From positions 1,129,122 to 1,193,121 of the forward strand of contig MU004233.1 in NCBI GenBank assembly GCA_010405405.1: DNA of 64,000 nt, in the 5' to 3' direction. Positions 54,613 to 64,000 of the stretch are shown here, one piece after another. This stretch comes from Microthyrium microscopicum. Its lineage: Eukaryota. The notes below the pieces were generated by a model. It saw only the letters and a list, made by a program, of their open reading frames with translations, searched no databases and was not told the DNA's origin. Made by a program: the position numbers and the translations under genes. How positions within the stretch are numbered: the first letter of the stretch is position 1; each line of letters starts with the position of its first letter.

Positions 54613-55932
54613 CTAACTCTGATTTTCTTGCTCCTTTGCCTTTTCCTCAGCTGCCGATAGTTTAGAGTCAGCCTGTTCGACACACTGTGACACAATCCAG
54701 GTGGAAGTGTCACCAATACCCTTGAAGGATTCCTCTTCATCCTTTGCCATTTGTTGATCAAATCGACGCACAAAGATCACCCAATCTTTGACCATTGCAA
54801 GCGCGTCTCCCCATTCTGGTGTAGCTGATGCGTTGCTCTTCTGCATAGCCAGAACATCGCCCAAAACATTCTTGGAAATTGCCAAATGCTTGAGGTTTTC
54901 CGCGAACTATTTGATGAATGAGTCGTGAACCAGGTGCCATTTCTCGTAGTTTTTCTTGGTATCATCCTTGGGGCTCTCAGTTGCAGCAGATATGGTGAGC
55001 GCTTTGGCAGATGATTTGTGTTCTTTTGTTTGCCACAGATCGACAAACTGTTTCATGGCAGTCAGCTTGTGGCCATCGCAGAAATCGAGGTAATGCAGGG
55101 CTTGCACCGCCTTGAGGATCTGCGTATCGAACAAGTAGATATTGAAGAGATACAGTAGCTGGCCCATCTCATCGTTGCCTTCCTTGAGTGGTAGAGGAAG
55201 TAGCAAGTTGTGCAAGATCTCCACGTATTGAAGACGGCACGCGGGCTGTCCCAACGGACTTTCGATACCAGATATGCAAAAGCTATCAACCCACAACAAG
55301 AGGATGAGCTTACATCCCCGCCAGGTGAAATCATGGCGATCTGCGGAGGTATCTCGCAGAGCGCTAGACAAGGCAGCGATGGACTTGGTTAGATCTCCTT
55401 GCAGGACTTGAGTTCTGGCCAAATGATCTATACTCAGCAATTAGCACAGTGTACCCTGTGTTATAATGACTAGAAAACATACCTCGACTTCCACAACCGC
55501 CTGTTCCAAATCAAAGTTAGATTTGCGTACCATCTTAGTCAATTCCCAGTCCTTGTCCCAACCAAAGCGCTCCAGGTTGTCCTGAGAACCAGGCAGGACT
55601 GTCAAACCTGTTTGACCATTCTTAGCCCATGCATCCGCTCCCTCAAGATCCATATTGCGAAACATCTTGATCACTTCTGGTGTCATGTCTGGATCCTCAT
55701 TTAAGTTCGGGGTCTCTGTGGCGGAACGTAACGACTTGTTGGTAAGGTCTGGCAGATTTTTGATCAAGCTATTGAGTTCTGTGACCTTGGCCACTATGCC
55801 TTCGATATGTTTCGGGTCAGGCGCAACCTCGGAATTTTTCACAAGCTGGCCAATGTCGTGAATTATGTTTAACGCATTAGATGCAACGACAGGCTTTCGT
55901 GTCTCGGGCGACACCCGAGGAACGAGAGACAT
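54613..55932 (-). pseudogene. Array copy g: orphan family gene with a 1-nt deletion and an in-frame TAG
   Basis: Exon 1 ends WDKDWELTKMVRKSNFDLEQAVVEVE; intron 55428-55482. IIWPELK then shifts frame (~55407) to VLQGDLTKSIAAL...LWVDSFCISG. FIK*FAENLKHLAISK (TAG 54907-54909). Confidence 0.78.
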
Positions 55933-56749
55933 TGTTGAGGAACTAATGATCAGTCTGAGCTTTTGCGCACAGCTATGGTATTTTGGGAAGCGTTAACGCA
56001 GCAATTTGTAAAACAATAGAGCTTGGAAGCGACAGAGCAGTGCAGCGAGAGGGCCAAGTGGTGTGGCGCAGTGTGGTGGAAGAAGTAGAGTGATTTGAGA
56101 CTGGAAAGTTTTGGGGCAAAAGAATAGGTTGTCAGAGATGTCTGTGCTAAAAATGCGCGTAAGCGACTTGTTAGCGCGTAGTCGGATTGGAACTGGTCAG
56201 CACGTGCCTTACTTGATAATCTCGAGGTAGTAGGTGGTCGCTTGAGAGACTCAACGGCAGATCCAGGTAAAGCTCAGGTCGTCTTGCTCAAAATGACTAT
56301 GAACACTAGCGATAAATTACATCAAATTGAGCGATGTACCTCCTAGATTGCCTCACGTTAAGCTCCGCATACTCTGTCGACTATCATTAGGTGCGTTGAA
56401 CAGTTCCAGAGGTATTTACTCATTGTTCAGCGCTTGTCGCCTCATAACTGTGACTCTAGAATGTTGTTTCCATCGAAATCTACTCGCTGTTTTGTTCCTG
56501 GCCGCAACTTAATTGAAGCGGGAGCGATGATAAATCCAAATAATTGTCCTCAGCCTGATAGTGAATGGGATGGAGTTAGAGCAAGGCTGAAGAAGCGCGC
56601 GGCTAAACACACCCAGCTTCCGCGTCGTAATACCCAATCAGAGGCGTGGAGATCTATGTGAACTTTTTGAAGGAATTGATCAATTTCAACACCGCAGAAC
56701 TTCAATCTGCATATGCTTCGCCGCGCCGTGCGGTCTGTCTCAGTGCAAT

Positions 56750-57329
56750 ATGGCGAAAAAGGCTTTGACCTCCAATGTAATCGTCAAACTCATTGTTGGC
56801 GCCGGCCAGGCCTCACCTTCACCACCTGTTGGACCCGCGCTAGGAAGTAAAGGAGTAAAGAGCATGCTCTTTGTCAAAGTATGGCGATCAGCGAGCTTCC
56901 ACCTAGCAATACTGACGACCTGAGTAGGAGTTTAATGCGAGAACTGACAACTACATTACTGGAACTCCAATACCCGCTCGCATAACCGTTTACCCCGATC
57001 GCTCTTTTACCTTTGACATTCGAACACCACCAACCGCACATTTTCTCATGACACTAGCCGGGGCGAAAGAAGTTCGCGGTCGGATAAGGGGTGCAGGAAA
57101 TACTCGAGGACCGAAACAAGCAGAGGAGAAGAGAGCTCGATCGAACGTGAAAGCAGCGGCGAGTGGGAACTCAGCATTAACGGAGCTGGGAACGATCAGC
57201 TTGAAGCATGTGTATGAGATCGCAAAGATCAAGCAGAGCGAGTGGCGACTGAGCGCATTGAGTCTCAAAGGCCTCGTCAAGAGCATTGTATGGCAGGCTG
57301 GTAGCATGGGCATTACGGTTGTACCCTGA
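56750..57329 (+). CDS. MRPL19: Mitochondrial ribosomal protein uL11m; 2 exons
   Basis: [35 protein letters not shown]...[13 protein letters not shown]...[13 protein letters not shown]...AGSMGI. Confidence 0.93.
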
Positions 57330-57953
57330 TGAAATGGTGGGCATCTGGATCAGAGAGATAAAAGCATTATAAGGATACCCCGAAAGAGTTATCATCATGA
57401 CTCGGCGTTTGCCAGCATGGAGGCATGCCAATCTTGCAAAAGCATGACAAGGAGATATCCAACGGTCTATAAGCCGTATTCTGTATTATATCACAGTGTA
57501 TATAGGCGAATGACCGCCATTTGTAAACGTAAACAACCGGAGAACACAATCCAGTTCTCATTGTAGACTTCAGGCTCATGTTACCTCTCATTCAATGATA
57601 GAGTGCCATGCAGCCGTCTGATGATCGAGTATCAACATGATCATACCAGTATGCTTTGCCAACATTAACAATGTGACCACTACGATTTCTTTCTTTGACT
57701 CATTCAAACAGCCTAAATCGAAGGAATAGGCAATTTGCAAAACTTATATATTCTTGTTCAAGTCAAGGTATTCAATGTTGAGGCTCTGCAGTCGATTTCA
57801 AGAGGTGGCTTACATAATCCATCAGTCGGCAAATTCTCGGCAGCCAATGAGATGCGAGCACCACAATATTCACCCACAAAGAACCCTCTGCAACAACGTC
57901 GACTCCTTCAACCAAAATTTCCAAATCGCATCCCTCCACCAGTCGACACCAAA

Positions 57954-58666
57954 ATGACGAAATGTACGTTCTCGAATTGCGCACTCTTGCTGCATAGGCT
58001 ACGAGTTCTGGAAACTAACCTCCTGGGTAGTCATGAAGGTCGGCCGTGTGGCCATTGTCACGAGAGGACGTCAAGCCGGCAAGAAGGTACACTCGAATTC
58101 CCCTCCTCCAATTTCGCGATATACACAACGGGTTTTTGGTAGATGGATTGCATAGGTTGGCAATGGAAAGAAAGAGCAGACTGGCATGCTATAAGATGGC
58201 GAAGAGGAGGACTGTCGCACAGTTATGGACAACCGCACGATTCTTGCAAGCTAACATTACCACTACAGGTCGTTCTTATCCAGCCAAATGACCAAGGAGC
58301 AAAGGGCCATAACTTCCCCCACGCAATCGTAGCCGGGTACGCCGCCTCCTCAAATTTCCCATTCCAACATGCTAATATATTATTCGCAGTATCCAACGCT
58401 ACCCACAGAAGATCACCAAGCGCATGGGTGCCAAGAAGGTTCAAAAGCGCAGCAAAGTCAAGCCATTCGTCAAAGTCGTCAACTACAACCATCTCATGCC
58501 AACCCGCTACACACTCGAACTCGAAGGCCTCAAAGGCATCGTTGGCGCCGACACACTCAAGGAGCCCGAACAGCGCAAGGAGGCGCGCAAGAACGTCAAG
58601 AAAGTGCTCGAGGAGCGTTTCTCTGCTGGCAAAAACCGGTGGTTCTTTACACCACTCCGGTTTTGA
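57954..58666 (+). CDS. RPL27: 60S ribosomal protein L27 (eL27); 4 exons
   Basis: [20 protein letters not shown]...HAIVAG|IQRYP...[21 protein letters not shown]...[12 protein letters not shown]. Confidence 0.96.
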
Positions 58667-59124
58667 AAGGTTCGTCGGTTTCTACGGAGTTGCTTCTGCA
58701 TGGGATTTTTCTCACGGACACTGGGGCTGGAAATTCGGCTTGCATTGAATTGCTATAAAGACTTCGACGAGTTGAGGGTGGATTAGAAAAATGTTCGCCT
58801 AGCTCGGTGGAAATCAAACTCATTAGCGATTTGATATGATGCTGCTTTTGGTACAAATTGTGATTTGTGTTCTATGTGAAAAGTGCTTGTTGGTATTTAC
58901 CGTATGGCATGGCCAAGCTCTGGTTGAAGAAGAGAATACTGCTGCAGCTCTTGCTATACAAAGGCAACTTCTATATCTATATCTCGCGCCCTCTGGACAT
59001 TTTTGGTTGTTTTCCTCATACAACGCCTTCTAACGACACCTCATTACCCTTTTGCCAAACCATGCGCTATTACGCACCTCTATTGACTGTATCCAGCGCA
59101 AAAACCTGTACAAACCACCACCCT

Positions 59125-60953
<1,829 letters not shown>

Positions 60954-63030
60954 GGTCGAAAGATTTTTTTGAGGATGTTGTGGGGTACCTTTTACGAAGA
61001 CTGGAGAGCTAGAGGAGCTTGAACAAAGCTGAAAGAGCCTGCGATCTTGCAAAGGTCTTTCGAAGGTTCCAAGGTTGAATGAGTATTGAGTAATAAGGCA
61101 GGGTATGAGTGTCTGTTGCAGAATTTGATCAATGCTTGGGTGATCAGGGAAAGGAGCGTGCCGTGCTGGTATTACTGGCTGTTGGATGATATGCTTCTTT
61201 TTAGTAGCTCACAAGCTTGTGGTCAATCAATGCTCTTTTCCCAACCATGTAACCCTTTCAAGATTTCAAGGTATCTTTTCAGGGTGTCTCGTAGATTTTG
61301 ACAGAGCTTAAATCATGGGAAAAGAAATTTAGATTGTTGTAGTGATAAAGTGGTAGATTATCTATGACGTCTCTTACTACAATTTGGCTAGGACGAAGTG
61401 CTGTACAGGCAAGACAGGATCTTTGATACTAGCAGGAAATAGTATATATTGGTCGCAGCTTCGCCGCCTAAGCCGAGGATTTTTCGGGTACCGTCAAATA
61501 TCAATATCCCTTTCTGTTCCTGGTTAAATCCTGAATGCTTGAAGGACAGATCATGAAGGGATCACAGCAGGGTCCAATGCTGATTTTATCCATACGTTTG
61601 AGATTAAAAGTTTTGACACCAATATCAGATACATCTAGGACCCTGCCGATCTCATTGAGTTCTCATGTGAATGTCATGAAAGGCTGGAGGCTGATACCGG
61701 TACAGAAACATTCAAACACCAAGACACGATTCTTCCTCCTCTAAGCTCTTCTCCGCAAGTTGCAACAATGCAACAATGCGACCACTGTCGGCAACGGATT
61801 TAGTTACCTCATATCACAAGCCACGTTGTCACCATGCACGAGCTTGATGCAAGTGTCTATGCAACCTTTTGCGCGGCCTGGAGCTTTGTTGACCGCTGCT
61901 CCACCACGCGTCAAGAGTTAAACTTCGCTCTCAACCGACCGACAAAATAAATGGTATGCCCCATTCAAGTGTAATGTCTACGGGCTACTACGCTCCAGAA
62001 CTACATTTTTCCTTGTCATTGACTGAGTGAGCGTCGCGACTTGACATCCAATGCGCTAGGAACCAAACTATCTTTCCATCATCAAGTGCGATGGGAGTCA
62101 TCGTAGTCGACAGGAGCGTACCATTGATCTGTTTTCGACCGGTTGACTGTGATAATCGGTTTGAGATATGAGACTGACAAGGTAGAGATGTCAATTGATG
62201 ACGGATACATAGCATTGCAAAGAATGTGTCTGTTTACCTAACCATTCGCCATTGCGTCGAGGTTTCAAGTCAACTCACCTCAGATAGCAGTTTTCTTTTC
62301 ATGGCGACATACCCGGATCTATCATAACATTCTCCATGCCAACTCAAACCTCAAATGCTTGTTTCCGTGTTGTCAGGCTTTCGGATATTGTGGCGATAGG
62401 TGATGAAAGGCCAGGTGCCAGGAGTAAGAGCAGAGAGTTGAAGTACTATGCCATTTGGGAGATTAAAAGTGTCTTGAGGTGTTCAAGAGCCTAAGGCAAA
62501 TCTCGAGGCTCTTGTTTATGTATCTCTCAATCGAGCATTGAGGTTGTCGCCGTTAGACTCTGACACCGTGATCAGGACGGAAGAAGATACCATCGCCACT
62601 TTGACATTTCGAGCGCCTTCCTTTGTTCCAATACCACCTATACAAAGGAACGGAACTACGTAATAAGCTCTTTGTTGAGGTTGCTCTTGTATAAATCGAG
62701 TCCACATCTGATGGAGATGAGCTCGAGAGGTACAAGTCTTTGTCTACTTTCGCTTCGATATTGTCATGTGCACCTATTGCATTCACCTTACGATTTACTC
62801 AGGCTACTTGGGAAAAGGCTCTTGCCTATGTAGGTTGCTGTCGTTGCCTTCACTGACCTTGAATCCGACAGAATACAGTCACCGGCTCAACAATTAACTG
62901 GTTGCTATTACGACATCTCCTTATTTTGGCAAGAACGATTTATTAAGGCAAGAGCGACCTCATTTTCAACAGTATATAAACAAAGCTGCCTCAGGTTTTC
63001 TCTCCATGTTTCTTTCATAACAAACAGCTA

Positions 63031-64000
63031 ATGGCCGCAGACAACAATCCAAGCAGCGTCCACGGCCCAGGTCGTGGACCACCACCACCCAACATCAATA
63101 CCAAGGGCAATATCAACAACAACATCAACAACAATCGTCACACCAGCAATTCACCTAAGACTTCTGTCACCATCAAGATCGAATCTACAGATGACTCTCC
63201 AACTCCGACCTCAATGCGTTTCTACGACAACGACGACGACGACTACGGCGTGAAGCCGAACAATATCAAGACAGAGAACATCAACCCAAATTCTGCTAAT
63301 CAAGCAGTAATCTCACCCGAAACCTCTCCTCGACGCCTCTCGAAGAGTGATGCATTTCTTCTCTTACAAGAACAAAATGCTGCAGAGGTGCGGGCTACAC
63401 AGTTGGTCAATCAAGATGCTTGGGGCGTGCTCACTCCAGTGAACTCTACTCTGAAGGCACGTCACTATGGATGTGCACGCTGCAACAATCAGTTCAAGAC
63501 GTACGATGCGATGCTCTCACATGTGATCAAGAAACACTTTCAAGATCGCGAGATCTTGGAACTTATCATTGGCGAGGTTGAAATGCCAGCCGTTTACGAG
63601 GTAAGTGATTCCTTGTCAACTATTCCTTTTGATCCCAGCTTGCACAATTCCATTCTCTGTTTACTTTAGGTGGCATATATGGAAGCTGACAATCAATTGA
63701 TCGAATAGATGCCAGGTATCTCATAGCAGCATATTCTTATACTAATCTACCTCAGCATCCACAGCACCGAGGTGATGGACAGTACGTCTGTGCTGCATGC
63801 GGTCGATTCAAGTCCCATTCACCAGGCAAAGTCTTCCAGCATGTGAACAGCGAGCGACGAGACCTCAAGATCATGGTTGAGCTCACAGGTGGAATCGGCG
63901 AGGCAGCAGCATCGTTTGGCATCCAAGATCGGATCCCACTCCGCTTACAGCAACGTCTTTGGGATCGTGCCTATCATGACTTGATGGCGAAGCGTCGTTA
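63031..64000 (+). CDS. C2H2-like zinc-finger protein, 3'-truncated by the window edge
   Basis: TATAAA near 62975; Asn/Pro-rich N-terminus; CARCNNQFKTYDAMLSHVIKKH. Donor GTAAGT at 63601. Splicing to 63756 gives a second related unit YVCAACGRFKSHSPGKVFQHV. Confidence 0.6.

Noticed and set aside
43849..55932. Array as a transposon cluster or a known Spok/HET/NLR locus
   Set aside because: No transposase, RT, TIR or LTR features, and no kinase, P-loop, HET or repeat-domain motifs recognisable by eye. A profile search is still needed to exclude remote homology.
61988..62786. Short minus-strand ORFs that might be a decayed gene
   Set aside because: No consistent exon chain or recognisable motif.

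Overview
A 64-kb, gene-dense, intron-containing segment of a filamentous ascomycete (Pezizomycotina, probably Dothideomycetes-like; taxonomy is inferred only). Most of it is conserved housekeeping genes: patatin-like protein, DNMT5-type methyltransferase/SNF2 ATPase, 2H phosphoesterase, Ssu1/TDT transporter, RPL19, kelch membrane protein, F-box protein, DRN1/CWF19-like, DEAH helicase, RET3, RQC2, PRI1, DUF1917, MRPL19, RPL27, UDP-galactopyranose mutase and a zinc-finger gene cut by the window edge. Two things stand out. (1) At 43.8-55.9 kb is a ~12-kb head-to-tail array of six full-length copies plus one fragment of an orphan gene family I cannot assign. The full-length copies share a phase-0 intron and the signature F[DN]xxxAxxExx|xxWP[ED]...W[VIM]D. 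Three copies look intact and three are disabled, some by RIP-like C-to-T changes. A distant eighth member with the same intron sits at 8.4-9.7 kb, tail-to-tail with the DNMT5 gene. (2) At 3.1-4.0 kb is a secreted Kex2-processed repeat precursor with seven GRG[GA][YH] cores. Exon boundaries and alignments were derived by eye; no database searches were run.
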